A stretch of DNA of 64,000 nucleotides from Eledone cirrhosa (GCA_964016885.1 CAXHJY010001433.1:41844-105843); one strand, 5' to 3'; positions 29,151 to 43,280 are shown, counted from the first letter of the stretch. A program made the numbers and translations. The notes: generated by a model from the sequence alone, not told the origin.

Positions 29151-30770
29151 GTTCCAATGTTCAAAATTAGCCCACCAACGGAATATGGTGCACACCCCTG
29201 GTCTATAAATCAACCCCACTAGTGTTCGGGTACTTTTTTTATTGACCTCGAATGGAGGAAAGATAAAATTGACCACAATGGGATTTGAACTCAGAGAGCA
29301 CATGGGGCAGAAACGAATAACACGAAATATATCGGATCCGACGTTTGTAAAGATTCTACCAATTCGTCTACAAAATAAAAACAACATACAATTTTCTAAA
29401 ATAAAAAAATATATATATATAATAACCATGTTGGTGCCGATTGACTGGAAAACTGATCGAACGATGAAAATTCGATCCTGAATAAATAACATATAAAGTA
29501 AGATCATGAGGTTGACTGTCCGACATCATGCGCTCGGGTTCAAGATAACAGCGTTTCTTTGAATCGTTGAAACAGTTATTGTCGAAAATTAAAGAGCTTT
29601 CAGTCAAACAGACATGGCTGAGGTTATAAGTTCAGTTATTATTAAAGACTGAAGCAACACAAAACAACACAGCAGCTCATCGTTTAAAGACTTTCGACAT
29701 ATTAAGAAAAGTTTTATACTTAATGGAAAGTATTACAAATATTTCTCATCTCACAGCAATATCCAAATTCGCCTGTCCAGTAATAATGGAGGAGTTCTGT
29801 TTGAGTTAAGATTTTAACATATAATCATTTCATTTACTTAGCTCTCTCTCTCTATCTATCTCTCTCTCTATCTATCTCTCTATCTCTCTCTATCTATCTT
29901 TATCTGTCTATCTGTCTACGCCCTTGTTGCAAATAAAGAAATATATCTCTGCCTATCTATCTATCTCTCACTCTCTTCGTCTCTCTCACTCTTTCTTTCC
30001 ATATCCCCCTTCACTCATTTTCCATCTCTCCCTCTCTTCCTCTCCCTCTCCCTCCCTCTCTCTGTCATTCTCTCTCTTTCTCTCTCTCTTCCATCCTTTC
30101 TATTTCTGAACCATTTCCCTCCTCACACTTCTTCCCTATGACTTCTACACTTCCCTCTTCATCTCTTCTCATCTCTCCCCATCTCTCCCCATATCTCCCC
30201 TCTCTCTCTCTCTCTCTCTCTTACTCCCTCTCACTCATCTCTCTCTATATATATTTATCCCACTCTCTCTCTCCTCTCTCTCGATAAATATTTCTCTCCT
30301 TTCTATGTATATATTCCTCTCTCTATCTCTCTCACTCTCTCTCTCTCTTACCCTCATTCTTCATGCTCACCCCGTTTTCTTCCCTTTCTGTCTCTTTCAA
30401 ACCTTCTTCTTCTTCTTCTTCTTCTTCTTCTTCTTCTTCTTCTTCTTCTTCTTCTTCTTCTTCTTCTTCTTCTTCTTCTTCTTCTTCTTCTTCTTCTTCT
30501 TCTTCTTCTCACTCCCTCCATATCTCTTTTCTTTCTCTAGTTCTCTCATTCATTCTCTTTCTCTTTCTCGATCGAGAAGTTCAAGTCTCAAGCGGCGAAT
30601 ACTTCGCATCTCGATTCTTAGCAAATCCAGAATTCTTGGAGCTGTCAACAGAGTTCCTCCTTCAAGAATATCACAATTTATTCGATTCAAGAAAATCTAG
30701 CTCATTTTACATATCATATCACATCGACTAATACCGACTCATATTTCATCGCTTTATATTACATCACACA

Positions 30771-31545
30771 CATCATATTACATGAGATGGGTGGATAAGA
30801 GGACAAGGGGGTGGTGGAGTGGACGAGAGGTTAGATATCACAGATAGACAAAAGGATTATGAATAATTAATGTAAAACCTAGAATATTTTAGTTATACAC
30901 TCTTAACTAACTTGGCCTCTTTCATATATTTGCTTGCAGAGCAAATGGCGTAGAATCTGGATTGTATTATATTATATTATGGCGGTGGATTAGCAGTATC
31001 GCTAGAGGGTCTGACGTCATGCTTTGCAGCAAAGAGTTACGCCCCTTTATGGTCTGAGTTCTAATCCCGCCTAGGTTAACTTTGCCTTTCATCCTTACGG
31101 GGTCGATAACATAAAGTAGAAACAATTATATTATATTATATTATAGCAGTATCAGTAGAGGGTCGGCCGCCATGCTTTGCAGCAAAGAGTTACGGCCCTT
31201 TATGGTCTGAGCTCAAATCCCGTCTAGGTTAATTTGCCTTTCATCCTTACGGGGTCGATAAAATAAAGTACCAGTAATACACTGGGATAATTGCTGGCCT
31301 TGTGCCAACAGTAGAAACGATTATTATTATATGACATACATCATATTACATGAGATATTGGATGGGTGGGTAAGAGGACAAGTGGGTGGTGGAGTAGATG
31401 AGAGGTTAGATATCACAGATGGACAAAAGGATTATGAATAATTAATGCAAAACCTAGAATATATTAACTAGTCACTCTTAACTAACATGGCCTCTTTCAT
31501 ATATTCACTTGCAGACCTACTGACGTAGAAACTGGATTATATTAT
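30771..31545 (+). repeat. ~200 bp direct repeat (30771-30975, 31339-31545) enclosing two Nin-like SINEs (30981-31125, 31145-31322)
   Basis: CATCATATTACATGAGAT...GAGAGGTTAGATATCACAGAT...CTCTTAACTAAC occurs twice, diverged. Confidence 0.8.
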
Positions 31546-31599
31546 ATTATATTATAGATTTCTATACACCTACATCTAAAGAAATCATTATCATGTTAT

Positions 31600-32700
31600 A
31601 CATACATCATCACCATCATCATCATCATCACCATCACTGTCATCATCATCATCACCATCACTGTCATCATCATCATCATCATCACCATCATCATCATCAC
31701 CATCATCATCACCGTCATCATCATCACCATCATCATCACCATCATCATCACCGCCATCATCATTATTCATCAATGCCATCATCACCAACATCATCATCAT
31801 CACCACCACCACCTCCACCATCACCACCACCATCACCACCACCACCACCACCACCACCAAAACCACCACCACCACCACCACCACCACCTCCACCATCACC
31901 ATCACCATCACCATCACCACCACCACGTCCACCATCAACATCACCATCACCACCACCATCACCACCACCACCACCACCACCTCCACCATCACCATCACCA
32001 TCACCACCACCACCACGTCCACCATCACCATCACCATCACCACCACCATCACCACCACCACCACCACCACCTCCACCACCACCACGATCACCATCACCAT
32101 CACCACCACCACCATCATCATCATCACCACCATCACCATCATCATCATCATCGCTACCACCATCGCCACCACCATCACCATCACCACCACCACCATCACC
32201 ACCACCACAACCACTATCACCACCACCATCACCACCACCATCACCATCACCACCACCACCACCACCTCCATCACCACCACCATCATCACCACCACCACGA
32301 TCACCACCACCATCACCACCACCACTACCACCATCACCGCCACCATCATCACCACCACCACGATCACCACCACCATCACCACCACCACCACCACCACCAC
32401 CACCACCACCACCACCACCACCATCACCGCCACCATCATCACCACTACCATCACCACCACCATCACCACCACCATCACCATCCCCACCATCACGACCACC
32501 ATCAACACCATCACCATCAACACCATCACCACCATCACCACCACCACCACCATCACCCTCACCACCACCACTACCATCAGCGCCACCACCACCACCACCA
32601 CTACCATCAGCGCCACCACCACCATCACCATCACCATCACCACCACCACCACCATCACCCCCATCACTGTCGCCATTATCCACGCCGTCATCCCCCTCGC
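31600..32700. repeat. (CAT)n/(CAC)n low-complexity tract
   Basis: Degenerate triplet repeat. Confidence 0.95.
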
Positions 32701-32837
32701 CGTCGTCCCCCTCGCCGTAGTAATCCTCAACTCTGTCGTCACACATGTCAGGTTGCACATGTGGCTTCGGGTGAATGGACTCCATGTGAATTAGTTGAGA
32801 ATCACATCAGTGCTTGTCAGCAGCAGATAGTTACTAT

Positions 32838-33405
32838 ATACCACATCTCCTCTATACACACCTCAATATAGAAGCATATATACACACACGCTCACACGTA
32901 TACGTCACACGCTCACACATATACATACAGATACACACACATATGCACACTCAAAGAAAGTCATACGCACACATACCACATCTCCTCTATACACACCTCA
33001 ATATAGGAGCATATATATACACACGAGATACACACACATATGCACACTCAGAGAAAGTCATACGCACACATACCACATCTGCTGTATACACACCTCAATA
33101 TAGAAGCATATATACACACACGCTCACACGTATACGTCACACGCTCACACATATACATACAGATACACACACATATGCACACTCAGAGAAAGTCATACGC
33201 ACACATACCACATCTGCTGTATACACACCTCAATATAGAAGCATATATACACACACGCTCACACATATACGTGACACGCTCACACATATACATACAGATA
33301 CACACACATATGCCCACTCAGAGAAAGTCATACGCACACATACCACATCACCTGTATACACACCTCAATAGAACAATATACACACTGTCACACACGCTCA
33401 CACAT
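32838..33405. repeat. 135-bp CA-rich tandem repeat, ~4 copies (one shortened to 97 bp)
   Basis: ATACCACATC recurs at 32838, 32973, 33070, 33205 and 33340. Confidence 0.9.
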
Positions 33406-33612
33406 ATACATACACATACACATATACATAGCCATACGCACACATACATTCCCATACATTCACATACATAAGCAAGCACTCTCACACGCATAAACTTAGA
33501 GGCTCACGTTTACACATACATATAAACATATATTTATATATACATAAGTACATTCATACACTCGTAATTGTATCAATCAAATCTATTTAAATATGTATAT
33601 ATGCATATATGT

Positions 33613-33640
<28 letters not shown>

Positions 33641-33646
<6 letters not shown>

Positions 33647-34058
33647 CAGGAAAGAAGGTTGACATGGTTTGCTATACAAAAAAGGTTTTTAATCTCATTG
33701 CTGACAATTGTTTCTCTGAAATGGTAGGTCTAGAGATCGCTATTCGCTTATGTTCACGTTAGCGATCGAGTAACGTGAAAATAAGCGAATAGCGATCTCT
33801 AGACCTACCAGTTCAGAGAAACAATTGTCAGCTATGAGATTAAAAACCTTTTTTGTATAGCAAACCATGTCAACATTCTTTCCTGATTTATTATTACTCC
33901 AAGTGTTTACAACATAGGAATTACAGCATACCCGCAGCATCACTATGAAAACGCCTTGTTGAGTCAAACCAAGCCAAGCGTTGATATCATCCACTACCTG
34001 GAATACCATAACTGGACTATATCTAAGTGGACTGCATTTAACTATTATTTGTTACCCC

Positions 34059-34059
<1 letters not shown>
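33641..34059 (+). mobile_element. Fold-back cassette, ~120 bp arms, hammerhead 3' half
   Basis: Arms 33641-33761 and 33771-33891, tail to ~34059, TA flanks. GAAA-CAATTG-TC at 33818-33829. Confidence 0.8.
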
Positions 34060-34097
<38 letters not shown>

Positions 34098-34098
<1 letters not shown>

Positions 34099-34620
34099 TT
34101 TAGTACATTAGTACAGCATTGACGAAGCTTTAGTATACGGCCAAACTAGCGTATATGCATAATCGGTCTGTAGCTTGAGCACTCAGATGAGGAAAGACCC
34201 CAGATTAATAACATTACATTCAGACAGCTTAGCAAATCAGATATAGCAGTCGGCAGTCCAACCGCATTACCAGAGCAACCAAAATATAGGACCCAGGACA
34301 AGATTTTATACTGACCCGGACATAACGGTGAGGCTGAGTGTAAAATATATAACTTACATCGTATATCCACAATATAGATTACAATATCTCATCCAACATC
34401 AGCGCTAAGTTTCTGCAAATCCAAAATCGACAGATTCCTATTGCAGGAGTCTGCAATATAATGGCTTTTGACGACAGAACATAGGATTTACTTCTTTAGC
34501 AAGTCTTTCGTTCTTAGCCAAAGCGGGTATGTTGTAACTTTAAAAGTCGCCACAGACACGTGGTTTTCTCCAAGGGAGGTAACCCCCGCTTAGGCGGTGT
34601 ATTCTAATTTGAGGTAAAGG
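34098..34620 (+). mobile_element. Probable decayed CR1/L2-type LINE 3' fragment
   Basis: Broken translation gives IRPN-LAY and KSKIDRFL, resembling CR1-type VRPxLEY and FKxxLDxFL motifs. Weak. Confidence 0.4.
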
Positions 34621-34690
34621 AATGAATCTCCTTATATATATATATATGTATATATACGTGTATACATATATATATTACATATATATATAT

Positions 34691-34812
<122 letters not shown>

Positions 34813-34832
34813 TATATATATATATATATATA

Positions 34833-35003
34833 TTTGGGAGCCCCTACATGGACACACTAGAAGAGGAAGACCAAGGTTAACATATGTTGATGCCCTAAGG
34901 ACAGACACTGGTCTGTTGGAGATGCAGGATATGGCAGCGATAATGAGGGACAGAGACCGCTGGAGAGAACTCGTCCATGGATCTCGGGAATTTTACCCGC
35001 CTT
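34833..35003 (+). mobile_element. RTE-type LINE ORF C-terminal fragment
   Basis: [26 protein letters not shown]...[11 protein letters not shown], followed by a (TAGA)n tail. Confidence 0.75.
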
Positions 35004-35023
35004 AGATAGATAGATAGATATAT

Positions 35024-35067
<44 letters not shown>

Positions 35068-35083
35068 GTATATATATATATAT

Positions 35084-35600
35084 GTCCAAAGTCACCCTCC
35101 TCACCAAGAAACCTTGGTAGGGTTGCGAGTTTAGTCGCCAACGACCCGACAAAGGAGCTCTTAAGAGTCAATGGCCATCCAAAATCACCAGGAGAGATGA
35201 CCCCTTAGCCTTTGTCAAGGCAGAATTCTAGGAGAAGGTAAACTCTGATATAACACCTGCAACTCTGATGGTATCCAATGATGTTGACTTGTTCTTCTTT
35301 TTGGTAAATATCATCTTGGTTAAGTGAGTGGGACTGGCTTTGTGCAGTGCCTTTGCTCACTATAAAAGCTTCACGCACAGGCATTGCTTTATATCTGGAG
35401 ATCTCTCTGCACTGGTCGTTACATGGCACCATGGACCCAGCACTATGTGTCAATAATTGTCGCAAGTGTAGTGTTTGTAACAGAGTTTTCAAGTCGCTGG
35501 CTGGACTAAAAAGTCACACTCGTTCAGCGCATCGGTAGGGGATCTCCTACATGGATATAAAGTAGTGGCCGTACTCGAAAACGAATTGGCAGCCACCATG
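35084..35600 (+). mobile_element. RTE-related non-autonomous element with 5' inversion
   Basis: Homologous to 63463-64000. The 3' part encodes CSVCNRVFKSLAGLKSHTRSAH (C2H2-like RTE C-terminus). 35084-35150 is inverted. Confidence 0.75.
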
Positions 35601-35608
35601 TATATATA

Positions 35609-35882
35609 ACGGAGGAAATGTGGTAAGGAACCAGGTGGACCATAACGCACCAAAGTACTCAATACTTAGGGTAGTAGAGTGGGTAATAGGAACGAGTAGG
35701 ACTCCGACGGCTGAGCTCAAGCCGTTTCGACGGCTAATTCTGGACTCAGGGGTCTTACCTCATCCGAGTGCTAAAGCTACAGACCGATTATGCATATACG
35801 CTAGCTTGGCCGTATACTAAAGCTTCTGTCCAGAATTAGCCGTCGAAACGGCTTGAGCTCAGCCGTCGGGATCCTACTCGTT

Positions 35883-35887
<5 letters not shown>
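35609..35887 (-). mobile_element. Family A fold-back cassette with 78 bp captured spacer
   Basis: Inverted arms around 35749-35826. Confidence 0.8.
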
Positions 35888-35915
<28 letters not shown>

Positions 35916-35983
35916 CACATATATATATATCTCATATATATATATATATCTTATATATATATATTATATATATATATATATAA

Positions 35984-36046
<63 letters not shown>

Positions 36047-36050
36047 TATA

Positions 36051-36211
36051 TAGGAACCAGTAAGACCCCGACAGCTGAGCTCAAGCCGTTTCGACGGCTA
36101 ATTCGCTCAGCTGTCGGGGTCTTACTGGTTCCTATTACCCACTCTACTACCTCAAGTATTGAGTACTTTGGTGCGTTATGGTCCACCTGGTTCCTTACCA
36201 CATTTCCTTCG

Positions 36212-36212
<1 letters not shown>
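36051..36212 (+). mobile_element. Family A fold-back cassette
   Basis: Inverted arms plus tail, TA flanks. Confidence 0.8.
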
Positions 36213-36276
<64 letters not shown>

Positions 36277-36736
36277 CGTGTGTGTGTGTATGTGTTTATG
36301 TGCGTGTATTTCCATTTTGCATGCAAATTTGAAATGAGCTGTGATATTTTGTAAAGATATATCGAATACCTGTCTTCATGTCAAGTTCTAGTGTGAACTT
36401 TGAAACTTATACACGATTGTATAACGTGCAACACACCAACACAGACACACACATACACACGTATATATACACACATATATATATATATACACACACACAT
36501 ATATATATATATATATCCCTCTGCGTGTGGGTGTACCTAAATATTTCTGTATAAATATATACATACATAAATACCGACATATATAGTACTGTACATATAC
36601 ATATATATATATATATATATACACATGTATATATATATATATGTAAATAAACTATATGTATGTGTGTTTGTGTGTGTGCGTGTGTATGTATATGTGTGTG
36701 TATCTCCATTTGGCATGCAAGTACGCTCACACATGC

Positions 36737-36779
<43 letters not shown>

Positions 36780-36891
36780 TATACATATGCATGTGTATGT
36801 GTGAGCGTACTATATATCTCTGTGTGTGTGTATATATATATATATGTGTGTGTGTATATATAGATATATATTTACAATATATAGATATATA

Positions 36892-36994
<103 letters not shown>

Positions 36995-37559
36995 GGAATA
37001 GAATGAAACGAAATTTCATTTCTTACTCTTATTACGGCAGTTACTTAAATGTAAGTATGTATGTATGTATGTATACATACATATATGTATACAGACGTAC
37101 AGTAGTATGTATATATATACATACATGCACATATATATATATGCACGTATCGGTTTACCGAACATTTATTTTAATATACATATATACACATGCATTTGTA
37201 AGCGCGTGTGTGTGTAAGTGTTTGTTTGTGTGTGTGTGTGTGTGTATAAGAGCATATGAATATGATTACACAGCAAACTCAAGAGCTGGGGAAACACGTG
37301 TTGTTCTATATAATCGTTCGCTTCTGAAGAAGGAAGAAAAAAGCAATTTTCGTTATAGTAGACTGACAAGTTGAAATTAAAACGAGTGTTATAGCAATTA
37401 CGGGCTTCCGTAAAGTTGTCGCTTCTATTACTGAATAGCAAATCATCTTTTAATGATAGCAATCAGGGAAAGGTGACGACAATTATCATTGAGACTAACG
37501 AGCGCGTTCCTTCAATTTCAATTTCCATAAAAGCCAACGCACAAATAACGACAATAGTA

Positions 37560-37582
37560 ATAACGACAACGACAACGACGAC

Positions 37583-37615
<33 letters not shown>

Positions 37616-38030
37616 AAGGAGGAGAAGGAGGAGAAGAAGAAGAAGAAGAAGAAGAAGAAGAAGAAGAAGAAGAAGAAGAAGAAGAAGAAGAAGAACAAAA
37701 AGAAGTAGAAGAAAAACAAAAAGAAGAAAAAACAAAAAGAAGAAGAAGAAGAAGAAGAAAACCAAAAAGAAGACGAAGAAGAAGAAGAAGAAGAAGAAGA
37801 AGAAGAAGAAGAAGAAGAAGAAAAACAAAAAGAAGAAGAAGAAGAAGAAGAAGAAGAAGAAGAAGAAGAAGAAGAAGAAGAAGAAGAAGAAGAAGAAGAA
37901 GAAGAAACACAAAATGAAGAAGAAGAAGAAAAACAAAAAGAAGAAGAAGAAGGAGAAGAACAACAACAACAACAACAACAACCACGACAGCAACAACAGC
38001 AACGACAACAACAACAATAGCAACAAAAAC
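37560..38030. repeat. Compound (GAT)n(GAA)n(CAA)n microsatellite
   Basis: Direct inspection. Confidence 0.95.
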
Positions 38031-38225
38031 ATATATATATATATATATTTAATATAGAAATGGAGTCAACAGGACTAGAACTGTTTCATTCGGAGGAAAT
38101 CGATGCTTTCACCCTTATTTTAATAAATATTTGCTCTACGGGTTTTTATATATATTTATATGTATAATCCTTATCGAGCCCTCTTCGGATTTTAGTCTTC
38201 ACTTTTGTATAACAATATACTTATA

Positions 38226-38275
<50 letters not shown>

Positions 38276-38288
38276 ATATTTATGTATG

Positions 38289-38319
<31 letters not shown>

Positions 38320-38458
38320 CGACAGTCGATCCCCAAGATCCCTGACCTTATTCGCTTAACGAATGGGGTGGAACACGTGAAACCGGACCGGGGAAACAAT
38401 GTTTTCATTGGTCTTTCCAATGCTAATTCTATCTGTCTGTTGCAAATCCAGGCAGAAG

Positions 38459-38560
<102 letters not shown>

Positions 38561-38591
38561 TATATATATATATTAATACTCACCTTTATCC

Positions 38592-38797
38592 AGGCGTGTG
38601 GTGGAGTGGTTATTCGCAATCGTAAGGTTGTGAGTTTGATTCCTGGACCAGGCGATGCGTTATGTCCTTGAGCAAGACACTTTACTTCACGTTGCTCCTT
38701 CTACATGGAGTTGCAACCGATAGATAGTATTAGCAATTGGAAAGACCAACGGAAACACTGTTCCCTCGGTCCGATTTGACGAATGTCGATCGTTCCT
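38592..38797 (+). mobile_element. CORE-like tRNA SINE
   Basis: Family match. A diverged opposite-strand relative lies at ~38330-38455. Confidence 0.8.
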
Positions 38798-39148
38798 TTA
38801 TCCATTTATCTGAGGGTTCTAAACCCCATTATCAGGCTAAAATTTCTTTAGTCAAAAATACGGTGAAAGCTATTCTATTTTCTAATTTCAAACCTGCTCA
38901 CTGTTTCAAAACATACTTACTCGATATATATATATATAAATAAGAAGGAAAGAAAATTTCAAAAATACGAAAGATTTCCTGGTGGAAGTTCAGGTGTACT
39001 CCGGGTTGTTATACAGTTTCGAGATGTAAGTCCAATAAAAAAAAATCTAACGTCAACATGAATGGACCTGTTATTTTTATCTAAAGACATTTTTTTCCAA
39101 TACCAACCCTCTCGTCTCCTCAATCTATTTTATTTCTCATTCTTTCAT

Positions 39149-39177
39149 CTGATGAAGGACTAGCGTCCGAAACGTTA
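39149..39177 (+). ncRNA. Minimal hammerhead core, stem I not evident
   Basis: CTGATGA-A-GGAC-TAGC-GTCC-GAAA-CG-TTA; palindrome AACGTT. Confidence 0.55.
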
Positions 39178-39266
39178 ACAGCCCTCTTCCTGCTATATCA
39201 ATTGTTAACCTGGTATATACCTTCCATATACTGTACCGATTGTGTTGTTATTTCTCTTTACCTTTT

Positions 39267-39295
<29 letters not shown>

Positions 39296-39297
<2 letters not shown>

Positions 39298-39485
39298 GGA
39301 ACGAGTAGGACCCCGACGGCTGAGCTGAAGCCGTTTCGACGGCTAATTCTGTCCAGAATTAGCCGTCGAAATGGCTTGAGCTCAGCCGTCGGGGACCTAC
39401 TCGTTCCTATTACCCACTCTACTACCCTAAATATTGAGTACTTTGGTGCGTTATGGTCCACCTGGTTCCTTACCACATTTTCTTC

Positions 39486-39487
<2 letters not shown>
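39296..39487 (+). mobile_element. Family A fold-back cassette
   Basis: Inverted arms plus tail, TA flanks. Confidence 0.8.
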
Positions 39488-39528
<41 letters not shown>

Positions 39529-40463
39529 GAGTGACAACAACAACGACGACAGCAATAACAACAATAGCAACAACAGCAACGACAACAATAATAACAGCAA
39601 CAACAACAACTACAGCAACAACAGCATATATATATTTAATATGGCATCATGAATATATCATTCTAGCAAATATCTGCAGCATTATTCCAGACTTTGATAA
39701 GATGATAATAATAAAAAAAAAGATTTAAAGCACAAATGGTAACAACAACTAAACAATATAAAATATAATTCTTAATTGTAATGTTCTTTTTTTGTCCTCC
39801 ATTTTTTTTGTAATTTTCGTCTTATCTTTCCTATTTATATTTTAGTGGGTTTTTTGGGGGGGATTTCATTCTATTATATTTTGTTTTATGTTGGTATATA
39901 TTTTGTTTTTTTGGAAGGAGAGGGGGTGTTTATGTTTATTTGTTGGTTTACGTTTGTTGTAGTTATTGTTGTTTTCGTCGTCGTCGTTGTTGTTGTTGTT
40001 TTATTCACTTTCCTTGCAATCTGTCTCCAGACATTCTTGGTTGTGACATCTGTTGTCAAATAATCTGACATGAATTGGAGATACGAGAGACTATGGAGTG
40101 AATGCGCATGTGTGTGTGTGTGATTATATCGGCTGTTCGCTAGAATTTGGCGTTGGCAAAGTATTCTTCGTTCTATAAGTGATTTTCTTCTTCTTCTTCT
40201 TCTTCTTCTTCTTCTTCTTCTTCTTCTTCTTCTCCCCTCCCCCTCCTCATCCTCCCTCCTTCTCTTCACCCTCCTCCTACTTCACCCCACCTTCCCTCCT
40301 CTTCTTCCTGCTCCTCCAACTATTCCTCTTATTCTCTATTACACTGTGTGAAATACTTATTGTACATCGCCGTACGTATCTTGTTTTTGTTGTCTTTGTC
40401 ACTAAATATATATTATATACATATATGCATATATAGATGTATCGATGTATACATACATACATA

Positions 40464-40563
<100 letters not shown>

Positions 40564-40575
40564 TATAAATGTATA

Positions 40576-40611
<36 letters not shown>

Positions 40612-40744
40612 TATCTATATATGTATATATAGATGTATATATATATATATGCATATCTATATATGTATATATAGATGTATATATGTATACATACATATAT
40701 ATATTTATATATTTATATATATATATATATATGCGTGTGTGTGT

Positions 40745-40798
<54 letters not shown>

Positions 40799-40904
40799 AT
40801 ATGTATATCTATATATGTATATATAGATGTATATATGTATACATACATACATATATATATATATATTTATATATTTATATATATATATATATATATATGT
40901 ATGC

Positions 40905-40969
<65 letters not shown>

Positions 40970-41013
40970 CATATATACATATATATATGTATATATACAT
41001 ATATATATATGTA

Positions 41014-41065
<52 letters not shown>

Positions 41066-41159
41066 CATATATATATGTATATATTTATATATTTATGTAT
41101 TTATATACATAAATACAACTATACATATACATATACCTCAATGTATGCTTATATATACG

Positions 41160-41234
<75 letters not shown>

Positions 41235-41781
41235 ATGTATATAAGCATCAATTTTTTCTACACACATTACCTCCATATGTCACTACACGATATATCGAAT
41301 TGACGTTTGTTTCACAAAGTACATGTATGTATATGTGTTATTGTTATCTTTGTGTGTATATAGTTGTGTGTGTGTGTGTGTATATGAATGCACCTTATGT
41401 GTGCATGTGCCTGTGTATGTATATGTGTTATTGTTATTTGTATGTGTATATATGTGTACATGTGTATGTGCGTGTAAGTTTGTGTGAGTGTGTTTTGTAT
41501 GTGTACGTGTGTACGTGGATATATGTGTGTGCATACGTGTGAATATGTGTGTGTACGTGTGTATGTGTGTATGCATGAATGTGTGTGTGGGTGTACATCT
41601 GTATGTGCGTATGTGTGTATGTGCATGTGTATGTCTGCATGTATGTATGTGTGTGTGTATTTGTTTGCCTGTATGTGTATGTGTGTGTACATGTGTATGC
41701 GTGTGTTAGCATGTGTCTGTACAAGTGAATGTGTATGTATGTGTGTGCATTTGTTAGGCTGTATGTCTGTGTACATGTTTA

Positions 41782-41830
<49 letters not shown>

Positions 41831-41899
41831 ATGTACATGTCTATGTGTGTGTATGTATATGTGTATATTTGTATGTATGCCTGCGTGTGTGTGTATTTA

Positions 41900-42471
41900 A
41901 TCCCGTAAGACCTGGAAACAATGTTAAACTACATTGAGATTCTGGATTTAAAGATTACCATCTAGATCCTATTCTCTGTCAGTGTTGTATATATAGCAAT
42001 AATATATAGCGTTCCAGTTGTTGTCTTCCTATTTCTTCTACAGCAACTACAACGGTACGCGATGGAGGCCCACCCACAGCCCCGGCGGACAGAATGGAGA
42101 AGGGATTTTCCCGGAGGACGTCAAGAGAGACGCGCTGGAAAAGCCATTCCTACTCCTCGCAAAGCTCACACCTGCAGCTGGCCAGCTCAGCGCCTATGGT
42201 GGTGCGTAAGGAGGTAGCCCTGGGGGCCGAGGAAACCAGAAGTCTCCACTGCCAGGGGTACGACCGCAAACCTGTCGGAGAGCGACCGGTATTTGAGGAG
42301 TTTGGCCCCCTCAGCCCGACGTGCAGCAGAACCTGCGTCGGTCGCAGACTGCACCAGGTTGCGGCTGCAGAAAGAGTCGGTGCAAGTGGCGTTCCAGACG
42401 AGGGGATTGCCACCACGGAACGGGAAGATGGTCATGCCATCTGGTCTTTTGCCGTCCCCTCGATCTAGCCC
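41900..42471 (-). mobile_element. CRE-clade non-LTR retrotransposon 3' fragment (restriction-like endonuclease)
   Basis: GKRPDGMTIFPFRGGNPLVWNATCTDS...AARRAEGAKLLKY...VPLAVETSGFLGP, then after a frameshift WLFQRVSLDVLREN. GC-rich island; 3' boundary approximate. Confidence 0.85.
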
Positions 42472-42835
42472 CCTTCTTTTTCTTCTTCTTCGTATTCTTC
42501 TTATTATTATTATCATCACCATCATCATCATCATCATCTCATATTATACCTTACATGTCGGCCCTTGTGGCCAATTAATGAAATCATTATTATTATTTTT
42601 TTGTTGTTTTTTTTATTTTCTTATCCTGCTTCTTATTCTCCTACTCCTCCTCCTCCTTTATCTGTTCTGGTTCCGATTGTTTATTTTTGCATTTTTCTTT
42701 GTTATTGTTATTGTTGTTGTTACTGTTATTCATCTTCATCTTACATAATACCTATAGCACAAATAAATGTCGTGATTTTCTTTTCTGTATATATATATTA
42801 TACATACATTTATATTATATATACATTTATTTATA

Positions 42836-43023
42836 TGGTGGATTGGCAGTATCGGTAGAGGGTCTGACGCCATGCTTTGACGCATAGAATTACGGCCCTT
42901 GCCATTCTGAGTTGAAATCCCGCCGAGGTTAACTTTGCCTTTCATCCTTACGGGGTCGATAAAATAAAGTACCAGTAATGCACTGGTTAATTTACTGGCC
43001 TTGTGCCAAAAGTAGAAACAATT
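42836..43023 (+). mobile_element. Nin-like tRNA SINE
   Basis: Family match. Confidence 0.85.
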
Positions 43024-43209
43024 ATATATACATTTATATTATATATAGATTTACATTTACATATATATTCCTTTATATATATATCTAATGATTTCATAAA
43101 GATTTACTGCAACAGAAGTCTCCTCCCGAAACATGTTGGTATTTCTGTCGAGATATATATATATATATATATATATATAAGATCAGAAGATGGTTAAAAG
43201 AGTTCCATG

Positions 43210-43280
43210 TATTTTATTATGCGCATTTCAAAAACAAATATCATCATGCGATGACATTTGCGTTTTCGTCAGATAAAATA
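43210..43280 (-). ncRNA. Minimal type I hammerhead with long stem II
   Basis: Minus strand reads TATTTTAT-CTGACGA-AAACGCAAATGTCATC-GCAT-GATGATATTTGTTTTT-GAAA-TGCGCA-T-A-ATAAAATA. Confidence 0.88.

Noticed and set aside
31591-32785. Pro-rich, Gly/Asp-rich and Val/Met-rich ORFs
   Set aside because: Triplet low-complexity sequence. The short unique N-terminus (MESIHPKPH...) has no recognisable domain.
35347-35538. Host C2H2 zinc-finger gene
   Set aside because: A single finger-like motif repeated in four dispersed copies with microsatellite tails; it belongs to the RTE-related element.
38807-38875. Hammerhead-like CTGAGGG...GAAA resembling the family A stem II loop
   Set aside because: The core and all helices are too degenerate to support.
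40005-40075. Possible small host exon on the minus strand (also 4200-4600 and 30570-30700)
   Set aside because: No recognisable protein similarity and splice signals are ambiguous. RNA-seq would be needed.
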